64,000 nt of DNA, from positions 66,154,001-66,218,000 of the forward strand of contig OZ024740.1 of the NCBI GenBank assembly GCA_964016885.1, written 5' to 3'. The position numbers and the translations under genes were made by a program. The notes beneath the pieces are model-generated. The model was not told the DNA's origin. It made no database searches and saw only the letters and a list, made by a program, of their open reading frames with translations. Each line of letters starts with the position of its first letter. The first letter of the stretch is position 1. This DNA is from Eledone cirrhosa. Its lineage: Eukaryota. Shown here piece by piece: positions 43,241-57,098 of the stretch.

Positions 43241-43667
43241 TACCCATCTGCCAGATAGTTGAACGTTCGAAAGTATATACTTTTCTTATGAAAATTAACG
43301 GCTGAGCAGCCTAATTTGCATATTGAGTGAGTTAAATCGGTCAGGCATACCGAAAACGATAAATTGAAACAAAATGAAAACGAAATTTAATTTCTCACTC
43401 TTAGTATGGCACTTACTTAAATGTAAGTATGCATGTATACGTACATACATATATGTATACAGACGTACAGCAGCATGCACACATATATATATATATACAT
43501 ATATACATACATATGCATACAGGTACACATACATATATGCACGTATCAGTTTAGCGGCGCTTATTATAACGTCGCTTTGTTCGTTTGTAAACAAACTGAA
43601 CAGCCTGAATTTATGCCATACGGTGTTAAGGCAACCACGTCACCTTTTTGTTTAACACTGACACAGG

Positions 43668-43712
43668 AACGATGTACTAGTTTCAAGCTAGTTAGCTATC
43701 ATCAGCACCGTT
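43668..43712 (-). ncRNA. Minimal type I hammerhead, array copy 2
   Basis: Same motif with one change in the stem II loop. Confidence 0.88.
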
Positions 43713-44143
43713 TACCCATCTGCCAGATAGTTGAACGTTCGAAAGTATATACTTTCCTTATGAAAATTAACGGCTGAGCAGCCTAATTTGCATATTGAGT
43801 GAGTTAAATCGGTCAGGCATACCGAAAACGATAAATTGAAACAAAATGAAAACGAAATTTCATTTCTCACTCTTAGTATGGCACTTACTTAAATGTAAGT
43901 ATGCATGTATACGTACATACATATATGTATACAGACGTACAGCAGCATGCACACATATATATATATATATATACATATATACATACATATGCATACAGGT
44001 ACACATACATGTATGCACGTATCAGTTTAGCGGCGCTTATTATAACGTCGCTTTGTTCGTTCGTAAACAAACTGAACAGCCTGAATTTATGCCATACGTT
44101 GTTAAGGCAACCACGTCACCTTTTTGTTCAACACTGACACAGG

Positions 44144-44188
44144 AACGATGTACTAGTTTCAAGCTTGTTAGCTATCATCAGCACCGTT
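44144..44188 (-). ncRNA. Minimal type I hammerhead, array copy 3
   Basis: Same motif. Confidence 0.88.
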
Positions 44189-45041
44189 TATCCATCTGCC
44201 AGATAGTTGAACGTTCGAAAGTATATACTTTCCTTATGAAAATTAACGGCTGAGCAGCCTAATTTGCATATTGAGTGAGTTAAATCGGTCAGGCATACCG
44301 AAAACGATAAATTGAAACAAAATGAAAACGAAATTTCATTTCTCACTCTTAGTATGGCACTTACTTAAATGTAAGTATGCATGTATACGTACATACATAT
44401 ATGTATACAGACGTACAGCAGCATGCACACATATATATATATATACATATATACATACATATGCATACAGGTACACATACATATATGCACGTATCAGTTT
44501 AGCGGCGCTTATTATAACGTCGCTTTGTTCGTTTGTAAACAAACTGAACAGCCTGAATTTATGCCATACGGTGTTAAGGCAACCAGGTCACCAAGCTTGA
44601 AACTAGTACACCGTTCCTGTGTCAGTGTTGAACAAAAAGGTGACGTGGTTGCCTTAACACCGTATGGCATAAATTCAGGCTGTTCAGTTTGTTTACAAAC
44701 GAACAAAGCGACGTTATAATGAGCGCCGCTAAACTGATACGTGCATATATGTATGTGTACCTGTATGCATATGTATGTATATATGTATATATATATATAT
44801 GTGTGCATGCTGCTGTACGTCTGTATACATATATGTATGTACGTATACATGCATACTTACATTTAAGTAAGTGCCATGTAAGAGTGAGAAATGAAATTTC
44901 GTTTTCATTTTGTTTCAATTTATCGTTTTCGGTATGCCTGACCGATTTAACTCACTCAATATGCAAATTAGGCTGCTCAGCCGTTAATTTTCATAAGGAA
45001 AGTATATACTTTCGAACGTTCAACTATCTGGCAGATGGGTA

Positions 45042-45086
45042 AACGGTGCTGATGATAGCTAACAAGCTTGAAACTAGTACATCGTT
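45042..45086 (+). ncRNA. Minimal type I hammerhead, inverted arm
   Basis: aacggtg-CTGATGA-tagctaacaagctt-GAAA-ctag-TA-catcgtt read directly on +. Confidence 0.88.
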
Positions 45087-45639
45087 CCTGTGTCAGTGTT
45101 GAACAAAAAGGTGACGTGGTTGCCTTAACACCTTATGGCATAAATTCAGGCTGTTCAGTTTGTTTACAAACGAACAAAGCGACGTTATAATAAGCGCCGC
45201 TAAACTGATACGTGCATATATGTATGTGTACCTGTATGCATATGTATGTATATATGTATATATATATATGTGTGTGCATGCTGCTGTACGTCTGTATACA
45301 TATATGTATGTACGTATACATGCATACTTACATTTAAGTAAGTGCCATACTAAGAGTGAGAAATGAAATTTCGTTTTCATTTTGTTTCAATTTATATATA
45401 TATATATATATTAGAAAGTGAGGTTCTTTTTTACAAAATGAAAAATAACCGAGGCGTCCTACACGAATGAAAGTACAAAGAAAAAAAGATGAAATCGAAA
45501 ATGCAACTGGAGTCTTATTTTTTTAAAAATATATATATTTATTTGGTTCCTTTGCCGGTTTCGCAGTTCTTCCGCAGTTCTTCCGTCATGCTGAAATAGT
45601 CTGTAGCAAGAGAGCGTGAGAGGTGAGAGTCTGTAAAAC

Positions 45640-45738
<99 letters not shown>

Positions 45739-45940
45739 CGGTAGAACTCAGGTGGTCTGTAGAAAGCAAATGTTTTACATTGCTACTCTATTAAGAACTG
45801 CACTCCGAACTGTCTTTTGTCTAAGTCTATTTATATCTGTCGCTTCCTCTGTCCCCTGCCTCGAGAATTGGCCCACGTGTAGACTTGTTTACGCCAAAAA
45901 GGAGGTAACCCAGAATGTGATCGTTAAATGTCACCTAGGG

Positions 45941-48900
45941 CAGTGGTCGCCAACCTTTCTAAAACCGAGGAACCCTCTAAATATTTTGAATTCTTCACGG
46001 AACCTATACAATACAAAACTTTTCAAAAAAAATAATAAAGTATTTATTTATTTTAATGTTTCATGCGTGTGTATGTAATCGAACACGATGGCTTTTCTGC
46101 TGCTGCGCCTCATCAGTGAGTTTAGAAAATCGAGGGTCAACACTAGTTAATGTCAGTCTCATACACTCGTCAATTGCTGACAGTTTATTCCTCTTCTTTG
46201 TGCAGATTTCCACCAACTGCTAAAACCCTTTTTCGCACAAATAGCTAGATGGGAATAAAGTCAAATACTTCAATGCAAGTTGGCTGATTTCATTAAACTC
46301 CCCAATCAAGAATAAGTCGATCCATAGTTCTTTCTTTCTGATTTCCAATATCACTTTCAAGTCTTCGTTTGAATTCAAATCCATTAACTGATGTAAGCAT
46401 TGGGCAGGTAGTAAATTTTTACAATTTCCAGCGTCATTTTCTGACACTAACTGCTCGATCTTGGTGAACGGGTTTTTTATCCATAAATTTACGCTAACAA
46501 TATATTTTTCCATCAAGTCAAAATAATCTGAAAAAGATGTGGAAAGCACATTTAAATGAGAAAGAATAATCTTCTTTAGATTGCTGGAGTCAAAATTTTC
46601 TCTCTTTTTAAGCTCTATTTCAAGGTTTGAAAGTAATTGTCCGATTCAATTCTTTTTATAAAGATGTTTAATTTTGATTGAAAATATGTAATAAAATTGA
46701 TTGAAGTAAAAATATCTGCATTGTTACCATGAAGACACTTATTTAGTTTGTTCATTACACCAAAAATGTCTACTAAATAAGCGAGTTGCACATCCCATTC
46801 ATTGGTTTCTAATACACTTGCTCTTTCATCATTCTGTTTTTTTTAGAAAAACTATTATTTCTTCTCTCAGTTCAAAAACTCTCTTCATAGCATCCCCAAA
46901 AGACAGCCAACGCACATCATTGTTCAATAACAATCTATTATAATTACTTCCATAACAATATATTATAATTACTTCCAGAAGATTCACAAATAGATTCAAA
47001 CATTCTAGAATTGTTTGCTCTTGCATGGATCAAATTGATAATTTTGACAATGTCTTTCAGCTGGTCATTTAATATTTGAGCATTTCTGTCTTTGAATTTT
47101 TTTTTAACCAAAACCTCTCGATGAATCATACAATGGTTTGAAATACAATTTGGGGTCAGTTCTTTAATTTTTGCAATCAAACCAGAATTTTTACCAGTCA
47201 TTGCAGCTGCTCCATCTGTTGTTATTGAAGTCAACTTGCTCCAAGATACACCATTTAAAAAAAAAAATACTCTTCAATTTTATTGAATATATCTTGACCT
47301 TTAGTTGTGATGTCTAATGTCAGACAAAACAAATACTCTTCTACTAATTCTTTTTTTATCAATGTCTACAAACCGTACATAGCAAATTAATTGAGCCTTG
47401 TTATTAATATCCGTAGTTTCGTCCACTTGCAGTCCAAAACATGGGCTTTTCTTTAGTGCAGTTAGTATCTGATTTTCTATATCAGAAGAAATATCAATTA
47501 TCACTCTTTTTACGGTATTTGCTGACAATGGTAACTGGCTTAATTTTTCTTTGTCCTTAATACTGCAGCTTTCAAAAAGATTCTCTGTAGCAATGTTTGG
47601 CAGAATTAACTGTTCTCCTAATGTAAATGGTTTCTTGTTTTTACCAATCAAATGTGAAATCTCAAAAGATGTTCTTGTTAAAGCTTTATTTCTATCTGAC
47701 TTTTTACAAAACAAGTCATACATATTAGCTTGGGATTTTTTATGTTGTTTTTCAGTGAAGTAAAGTATTCCAGTGACTTGTTTTTATCATTGATGTGATT
47801 AGTATCAATGTGTCTTTTAAGTTTTGCAGGATATAAACAGCTATTTAATAAAACTTTTGAACATAGCAAACACATGGGCTGATCTGGTATATCTTTTTTA
47901 GTGTCAGCTTTTTGAAATCCATATCTAACATAATCATCACACCACTGTCTAACCTTACTGCTGGTATCTAACTTCAGCTTCTTTTCAGTAGACATCATAT
48001 CAACGTTATTTATCTACAGTTAACTAGAAGACATTTTTTCAGAGTCCAGCACTTCCTGCATATACTACTTTAGTGTCGTATTAAATATTATTGGTAATGT
48101 AAATATATTTAAATATCCGCCATAATAAAAGGTGCAAAAAATGCAAATCAGCTGATAGTGTAGATGTGACGATGGTATTGGAAATTAATTCAGATATCTT
48201 CTATCTATTTTGACTCAAAGTTAGATATAATATAAGAAGGCTTTAGGCTGCGTTAAACATATATTAGATTGGAACAAATAAAGTTTAGTCAAATGTTTGT
48301 GGACATATATATTTATTGTATAAAGTAATTTCTCAATTGTGAATGCAGATGTCATCAAATGAATACATAATTGTGTGGCAAAGTTTATAGTGTATGCATG
48401 GAATACAAAATTACCTTTGTTAGTAGTCGAAACTTTACAAGCGTTATATTTTATGTGCAAAGTACAACAGAATGTAACGTGTTCTTATTTAACTGGATAC
48501 ATGTTGAAAACGACTAGTAAGCGAGTTCACTCAGTGAGGAAACTTTAGACGACTTTAAAGCTTTTGTGAGGGCAGCAGATTAAAACGTGTTCTCTATTGA
48601 AAACATTCTACTGAACTTACGTTGTGAGAACAGTGAGCTGACCCTGTCTCTTTGCTGAGAGACCTCGCTGAACTGAAGTTTTCAGTTTAAAGTTATGCTG
48701 TCATCGACCAACATTTACTTGTTCGTGATTGGTCAATTTGTAAGTTCAATTAGTGTGTTATCAGTAGTAGTCAAATTCTCGGAATTCAGAAAACTATGTC
48801 TTTCCAAGAATTGATGTGAAATTGAAAGTATTCAATTTCCACGAATCTCAGAACAGTGTTTTTCTGCTAATTCAAGTGAGAAACTGAACGTAGTGTTTTC

Positions 48901-49096
48901 CACGAATTGGAGTGGCGAGCCTGTGTACACTATCATAGTACTTGTTCATTTATACATTGCACCTTTAGCATTTTCTTTGCACCTTTTTCAGAAAACCCAA
49001 AATATTAATGGTAATGTAAATATTTATTTTTTTAAGGAACCCGGAGTTTGTTTTCCGGAACCCCAAGGTTCCGCGGAACCCATGTTGCGATCACTG
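45941..49096 (-). mobile_element. hAT DNA transposon (Buster/Charlie-like), full length, decayed
   Basis: TIRs cagtggtcgccaac / gttgcgatcactg; perfect 8-bp TSD acctaggg (45933-45940 and 49097-49104) with central TA. Confidence 0.93.
46115..47998 (-). pseudogene. hAT transposase, frameshifted
   Basis: BED-like CLLC..KLKRH..H, LQVDETTD, TTDGAAAMTG, HCMIHRE, VRWLS, SYLCEKGF. Confidence 0.9.
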
Positions 49097-52000
49097 ACCT
49101 AGGGGGTCAAGGTGTGGACAGATTTCGCTACATATATATAGCTGTCTGTCAACGATTACAACTAAAACCGCAGTCTTCTGACGGTATCAGGCGTTTGCTA
49201 GAACTCATCATAACTGTTATATTTATCGACCTTTGTTTAATTTGCTCAAGACCTGTGAATACCGTAATATAAAAGCATTCTAAAATGTTGGTGTAATACA
49301 TTTTTATATATGTTTGAGAATGTTATTGATTAAATAATAAGTGTGTGTAAAATATTCAACATAATGCTATGTTAGGTATCCTGTTTTACAGCATCTATAT
49401 TTTTCTAGTTTTCCCAATTCTGGAAATGACAGAATATCAAGGTTTTTCTTTTATTTTCATCGTTATCAAAATATACATATATTTTGATAACGATAATTTA
49501 AACTACCAGAGTGAGTATCAAACAAATTGTATTATATCTAAACATTAATGGGAATACATTGTGGCATATGTTTAGAGAGTATCGAATATTGAATATATCG
49601 CAGTTATTTTATAATGAAATAACAAAGAAGAAACATCCATGATTATATATTTCAGGAATTATTGTTTAGGTGCTGCAGATTAGTATAAACCTATTGTATC
49701 CATATTATTTGAAATTGTTTTGAAGAGAAACAAATTCAGTAATATTTATTCAATGCTTAGGAAAATAATACCGATAGTGCTTAAAAATATTTATAGAAAA
49801 TAAATCAACAATTGATATATTGTTACATAACATGGGTACCGTTTTATGGCAGCCATGCCAGTTTGCTAATAAAGATATTTAAATAATATTAATAAGCATT
49901 TAATTTTTCCGGAGATCAATTAGTTATTTAGTTTGATATATCCTTACACTCAATGGATTATCAATGGGTTAAACCCTATGTCATATATGATATAATCATG
50001 GCTATGCTTCTGAGAACACAAATTGTAGATTCAAACAGCCACTATCATTCAATATTTTTCGTGCTCAATGCATTTGAATACAACATAAAGTCATCTAATT
50101 CATTTTATGTCGATACGATAGCAATTATAGTCCAAAGCTCTAGGTAATTATATTGTTGTAAAATTAATAACCAGCTAATTAGTTTACAATGTTAACAATC
50201 CCTATTTCCCTTGCGTGTAGGTGATGCTTTCTTTCTACATTTTGTACTGCCATTAGTAAATAAAAAAGGAAACAAAAGTCCCTGCTTGTGGATTGTATGG
50301 CATAATGGGTTCCCACATAAATTGTAACTGTTTGAATATCGAAAGCAAAGTGGGACAACAAGTCAAAACGTATATCTCTAACGTCTCTTAATGTTGTTTT
50401 GGCTTTCTAGAAACAACAGCCGAATTCCCACATATATCACAATTTTCTATTCCAAACAATGTCACATGTTATAATATAACCAAATATATAAAACGTGACA
50501 AGATTGTTACGTCTAGAGCATCTTTAATCATATGTCTGGGAAAGAGCAAAGGCCAAACTGAATCCATGATTTAACTTTTGTTCTTATTTCCAAACAAATC
50601 CCCTCCTATTTACAAATACACATAGCGGAGTTAGATGAGCTACGAACGTAAATATTACGACTAAAATATCGATGCATTTTTTTAGTAGCATTCATGTGAG
50701 AATACCTATGATACTAGAAATAAAACTATGTGGGATCAATAATTTCTATATATCTCCTATTGCAAATTCTAAGGACAGTACCAAGCTTTTCTATTTAGAG
50801 CACATAAGCATGATTCCTCTTGCATGATTCTTACAAATCTGACGAATGAAATCCTTGTAACCTATTTCTTCAATTAATAAATAAACCAGCAGGGCTACTG
50901 TTATTATAAATGGAAATCATATTTATTATCAGAATTGTCAGATATAACAAATATTAATATAAAAATCAAAACGATAACCAATTATACAAATTGTCAACAC
51001 ATTAAATTACAAATATTTAATTGTTTTATACTGCCTTATTCAGTAATGAAACACTTCCAGCATTAGATACTTCATATGAATTATTCATATACACCATGAA
51101 ATCTACATAAACGTGATTGTCAAGCAGTATTTCTACATGTTTAAATATCTAAAAGGCAAAAACTCAAATGATTTAACTTATAACGTTGCGATGAGATATT
51201 CTATTATATGCATTATGTTATATTGATAGAAACAGAAATCACATGAATGTAACGACAGCGAATTTGCTCTTAAATTAAGGGAAATTAACATCAATTTATT
51301 CAATAATTCATACCTATTATACTTGCTGTGTGATCTGTTTTCAAAAGAATAGTGGCGTTAAAGGTGACATGGTAATAATGGATAACGGAATTATATAGTT
51401 CGGTATATAGTTTCTATGTTGAAAAGAGTGGACATAGACACTTCATGAAAAATGTCGTACTCTCTAGTCAGGAATAATAAGGGGTTGGAATTATCGGCTG
51501 GGGGTACGGTCAATCATTAATGTTTTCAGTTTGTCTTTTAAAAACCATAATTAGCCATTCAGTTTACGGAAGTGGGACACCAACCCATTCTATTTATTTT
51601 AAAACATATGGGCAATGTACTATTTTGGACATATAGAATTTTATTATATATACGTATTAGAAATATTTGAGTTAATGATAAATATATTATTATATATATG
51701 ACTTGGATGTTTAGTATATCCTGAGTGTAAAATAGACTGTCGAAAATTTCGATATCCTACCATAAATAATCGTTTCTGAACATCGTTTATTAAACGTTAG
51801 CTTAAAATGAGAGCTGAGAATAATCCGTCAAATAGTAATTCTGGTAATACTATTGTCATTTCAATAATATATTCGGATTCAATTAGATGCTTTATAATTA
51901 TAGACTAACCATTTATATTTTTCATCGACGCGTACGCGGATCAATAAGATATTATATTCAGATACTGCGACAGGATTCTTTTTGGAAAAAGAGATTTCAT

Positions 52001-52668
52001 CTTACATATGAAAATAAGAAATTCCTATATACGCATGTACATAGATAAATACAAATGCACACATACGCACAAATGTAGGTGCATATGTGTACGTGTGTTT
52101 GTATATACTCAATAATCTCTAGGCATTTTCCATGTCCATTATTTTATATTGATTAGCTATAGTTTTCTTCAAATTTAAAAGTATTTATTCAAATAGTGTA
52201 AAAGAGAATATTAAACGAATTATTTTTTTTCATAAATTAATACATTGTTTATTCAAATTATTTTTTTAGATACACATAATAAACTCTATACATAATGTAG
52301 ATATATACATGTTCATCATTTTAAGCAAATTACATTTCTATTCTTTTAATGACTTTTACGTTTCACAAAATTCCAACGCTACATAATTTAACGAGAAATT
52401 TTATGTTTCTTATGAAAACATTTTGCAGAATATTTTTATTTAAAATTGTCCAAAAGCAAATTGAATAAATTATTCAGAAATATCTTTATTCAAAGGGAAA
52501 ATATCATGCGTTGAAAGCATGTGAAAGAATATGTATATTGATATTTTAAAAATTATCATATATATACTATTGCAAGAACATGTTCATTGTGTGTGTATAT
52601 ATATATACAGCGATTCTTTGCTTAAACTTTAATCTGTTATTTTAATATATTTATATATATATATATAC

Positions 52669-52787
<119 letters not shown>

Positions 52788-53091
52788 ATTCCTGTGGTTT
52801 TGTAAATGATAGAATCAGTAGGCAAGTTAGTTTAATAGATTTATATTAATTGCATTCAAACAAATAGAACTGACTTATTAGCTGTTTATATATATACGTT
52901 GTAAAATGCAAATTTCTAGGTATATCTTAAATCTCTAGTTTTTTTTATTCATCGTCTTTTCCTAGTTTCAATTACTATACATGCATACAAACAGACACAG
53001 ACACAAACACACACACACACTCACGTGCGCGCGCGCCACGCACGTACACACAACTTTATCGTACACTGTTTGCTGCTAGCACAATATCTTC

Positions 53092-53157
<66 letters not shown>

Positions 53158-53161
<4 letters not shown>

Positions 53162-55777
53162 CACAGGAATCAAAGTTATGTTCAAACCATTTATTAGCTT
53201 ACAATTGTTTCATCCAAACCGAGACTTGGTTTCTTCGGACCATTTTTCAATGTTTGTATACATACATGACCTCCTTTCCAACGCAACAGACATACAGATA
53301 CATATGTATATATTGATGTACATTGGGGTGACATATATTATATTATTTCTGAATGGCAATTTAAATTCAAAAATTAAAATCATATTAAAACAGAATCAAA
53401 GCAAAATTTAAATTAAAATACAACATCGGCAGTTAACGTAGATAATGCAAGAGGATAGTTTGTTAGTCAGTTGTAGTAGTTATTATATGCATTAGTTACA
53501 CGTGGGGCATGCACGTGTGTCTTATTTATATATGATTATTGTGCGGCAGGGTGTTATATGCAATACAAGCACTTTAAGCGGGTAATCAATAGTATTATGG
53601 ATGTTGTCGTGGTAAGGTATTTTTTGTGTATGATAAAGAAGCTTGTGTGCAGAGAAATAGTATAAATGAGAAGCAAAATAATGTTATGGCTTGTGTATAC
53701 ACCACCATTTTCACAATTCAGGAAACGTAATATATAATTTATATGTCCTTCACATAATTAACGATGATTTCGTATTGGATGTTTGACGTATTAAGTTAAA
53801 TTATTATAGCTTGTTGCGGCTCAGTGTTCTTTAATCTAATTTTATAGAGCAGGTTGTTTCTGTTGCGAGAATTTACATCGTTTTATTATCCGGAAGTATG
53901 TGTGTGATTAAGGGGAGTTAATGCGTGAGGGGGGGGGGGGTAACTAGCTGATTTCTATAACTAAATTTATTATTCCCACATACACTATCTAGCTACATAC
54001 ACTATCTAAAAACTAAAAATAGATCTTATACACTTAAATAGGAAGTGATAGGTAAGGCGACATCGTACAAAACACCTAATAAATTTTGTAACCTCTGCCT
54101 ACTAGAGACCCATACTATTATCTTCTCAAACCATAACCTCCTTAATAAAAAAAATCGGAAGTGTTCGCGTCATGCCAGCACCGTTTCCGACACTTCTTCC
54201 AAAACTTTAAACTCAATATATAGCAATGTCAGGCTTGAACCCATCACCACTTCTAGGAACAGACCTCAAGGGCACACCTTACACCACAACACCACACTCA
54301 ATGATCCATCCTATCTTAACACAATTCGCGCCATCTATTTAAAACCTTTTACCTTAGAAATATCCCCATGTACACCTACTTTTAGTATAATTACTTTCAA
54401 TTACTTAGACTGTATTATATCACTATATAATTATATGTGAACTTTAAACACGGAATTCAGCAATGTATTATTTGTGCGAATGCTGTTGTATGTATGGAGA
54501 GCTATCATTAGATACATAGAGGATTAATTTATTAACATAAAACAGGTGTATAACTATATATAGTGAGTACAATGAATTATGTACAAGTGGTATGTGAGTT
54601 ATACATACATGTATATCTTGATAGATGGACTAATGACATGGTAAGTGAGATATTTAACTTTGCCATGCAATCAGCCATACGCTGGCACAGAGCTTACCAG
54701 GGGTTATATAGACGTGGTTCTAATAGGGCCCCTGACAGGTGCTGTGAGTAGACTACATTTACAAAGAACTTTGATATATAGATCTGACTCTTAGTATGGA
54801 ATATTCAGTTGTAGCACTCTATAAAAGGGAGTACTCATCCTCATATAGATACCTTTAGTACTTCATGATAGAGTAGACTGTAATTAAAGATAAGATACTT
54901 AAATTTGGAAACTGTATATAACCGTATATATAAGGGACTCAATTGATACACCTTTTAATGTATGTTGGAATAATAAATTTAGTTATAGAAATCAGCTAGT
55001 TACCTCCCCTCACGCATTAACTCACCTTAATGACACACATACTTCCGGATAATAAAACGATGTAAATTCTCGCAACAGAAACACCCTCCTCTATAAAATT
55101 GGATTAAAGAACACTGAGCCGCAACAAACTATAATAATTTAACTTAATACATCAAACATCCAATACGAAATCATCGTTAATTATGTGAAGGACATATAAA
55201 CTATATATTACGTTTCCTGAATTGCGAAAATGGTGGTGTATACAAAAAGCATAACATTATTTTGCTTCTCATTTATACTATTTCTCTGCACACAAGCTTC
55301 TTTATCATACACAAAAAATACCTTACCCCTACAACCTCCATAATACTATTGATTACCCGCTTAAAGTGCTTGTATTGCATATAACACCCAGCCGCACAAT
55401 AATCATATATAAATAAGACACACGTGCATGCTCCACGTGTAACTAATGCATACAATAACAATTACAACTGACTAACAAACTATCCTCTTTCATTATCTAC
55501 GTTAACTGCCGATGTATTTTAATTTAAATTTTGCTTTGATTCTGTTTTAATATGATTTTAATTTTTGAATTTAAATTGCCATTCAGAAATAATATAATAT
55601 ATGTCACCCCACTGTACATCAATATATACATATGTATCTGTATGTCTCTTGCGTTGGAAAGGAGGTCATGTATGTATACAAACATTAAAAAATGCTCCGA
55701 AGAAACCAAGTCTCGGTTTGGATGAAACGATTGTAAGCTAATAAATGGTTTGAACATAGCTTTGATTCCTGTGAATT
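53158..55777. mobile_element. Fold-back PLE 3' end, family C: arms 53158-53975 and 54968-55777 around a + strand GIY-YIG C-terminal remnant
   Basis: ~800-bp inverted repeat; 54045-54200 encodes KATSY..FCNLCLLE..LLNKK; HHR-like CCGAAGA..GAAA-c(a/g)attg-TA in both arms. Confidence 0.82.
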
Positions 55778-56081
55778 CTATATAACTGCTCTGTATAACA
55801 ACTGATGTTATTACATTGAGCTATTTATCTTACTGGTAATAAGGTAGTAATAAATTACTGTCTTTCACTGTTTAGGGTTTACAATATATATAACTATAAA
55901 ATGTTTTAGTATATACATAACCATGAATAGTATCCTTAATACTATATATATATATATATACATTTTGAGTATATATTGGTTGTTTACCGACACCTGAGTA
56001 TGCAGTTTGGAGCACTCGACGAAGTACGCAGGTTGGTTTGTTTACTCCGGAGTAATGTAAAATCACTAATTCAAATAGGTA

Positions 56082-56390
56082 AAATTTGGCTTCGTTTATT
56101 ACAAATTATAGATATACTGCTATATATATTTCGGTGACACCCATAATTGGCAGTGTTGTTATTTCTCTTAAGAACTGGAATCCATTTCCTAAGAGAAATA
56201 ACAACACTACCAGGAGCTGGACATATCGATGGATTGACGATGCAAAACACACTTCAACAATATGTGTACCTGCCCTTCCCATACCAATTCGGACTGCCTG
56301 AAGAGGTCACAGCCAATGATGGCTGTCACCGAAATATATATAACAGTACATCTATAATTTGTAATAAACGAAGCCAAATTTTACATATTT
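56082..56390. mobile_element. Small fold-back HHR element
   Basis: Arms 56082-56158 and 56308-56385 are reverse complements. Confidence 0.75.
56293..56347 (+). ncRNA. Type I hammerhead, intact core
   Basis: actgc-CTGAAGA-ggtcacagcca-atga-tggctgtcacc-GAAA-tatata-TA-acagt. Confidence 0.8.
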
Positions 56391-56419
56391 GACTTAATCT
56401 TTATATATATATATATATT

Positions 56420-56578
56420 GTTTGTTTGTTTACAAACAAACAAACCGATCATTATAATAAATGTTCGGTAAACCGATGCGTGCATATATATATATGTGTG
56501 CATGTATGTATATATATATATACATACTACTGTACGTCTGTATACATATATGTATGTGCGTATACATACATACATACT

Positions 56579-56580
<2 letters not shown>
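56420..56580 (+). repeat. Diverged dispersed fragment of the 474-bp array unit
   Basis: tgtttacaaac.aacaaa.cga..ttataataa...tgtacgtctgtatacatatatgtatg matches 45160-45325. Confidence 0.7.
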
Positions 56581-56624
<44 letters not shown>

Positions 56625-56627
56625 CAA

Positions 56628-56701
<74 letters not shown>

Positions 56702-56812
56702 ATGTATATATGTGTATGTATATATATATGTATATATATTTATATATATATATATGTATGTATATGTGTACGTGTGTGTATGTATATATGTAAGTATATA
56801 TATATGTATATA

Positions 56813-56915
<103 letters not shown>

Positions 56916-57004
56916 CGAAAGAAATGTGGTAAGGAACCAGGTGGACCATAACGCACCAAAGTACTCAATACTTGAGGTAGTAGTGGGTAATAGGAACCAG
57001 TAAG

Positions 57005-57098
57005 ACCCCGACAGCTGAGCTCAAGCCGTTTCGACGGCTAATTCTGGACTAAATGAAAATTTATCCTGGTATTTAAATAGTCGATCTTCTCAAGGGGT
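57005..57098 (-). ncRNA. Hammerhead, U3-A8 core variant
   Basis: acccc-TTGAGAA-gatcgacta..tagccgtc-GAAA-cggcttgagctcagctg-TC-ggggt. Confidence 0.72.

Larger units (their letters stand above)
42946..45394. repeat. Tandem array of 472-476 bp HHR-containing units with central inversion (retrozyme-like)
   Basis: About 3.5 units in 42946-44592 and about 1.7 inverted units in 44593-45394; no coding potential; (TA)n at both ends. Confidence 0.92.
45602..49132. mobile_element. Possible ~370-bp LTR-like sequence interrupted by the hAT element
   Basis: Termini tgtagc...gctaca, internal (GA)n, TATA-like tataaata on minus strand near 45830; no TSD or PBS seen. Confidence 0.35.

Noticed and set aside
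42946-45394. Repeated 90-135 aa ORFs in the array; CRISPR-like periodicity
   Set aside because: The ORFs are low-complexity by-products. Units are whole-length duplicates with no unique spacers and no cas genes.
49165-49220. CTGACGG...GAA..TA motif
   Set aside because: Core and stems are too imperfect.
49300-52600. AT-rich stretch with short ORFs and weak terminal-repeat hints (~51460-51730)
   Set aside because: No motif, repeat boundary or splice structure I can support.
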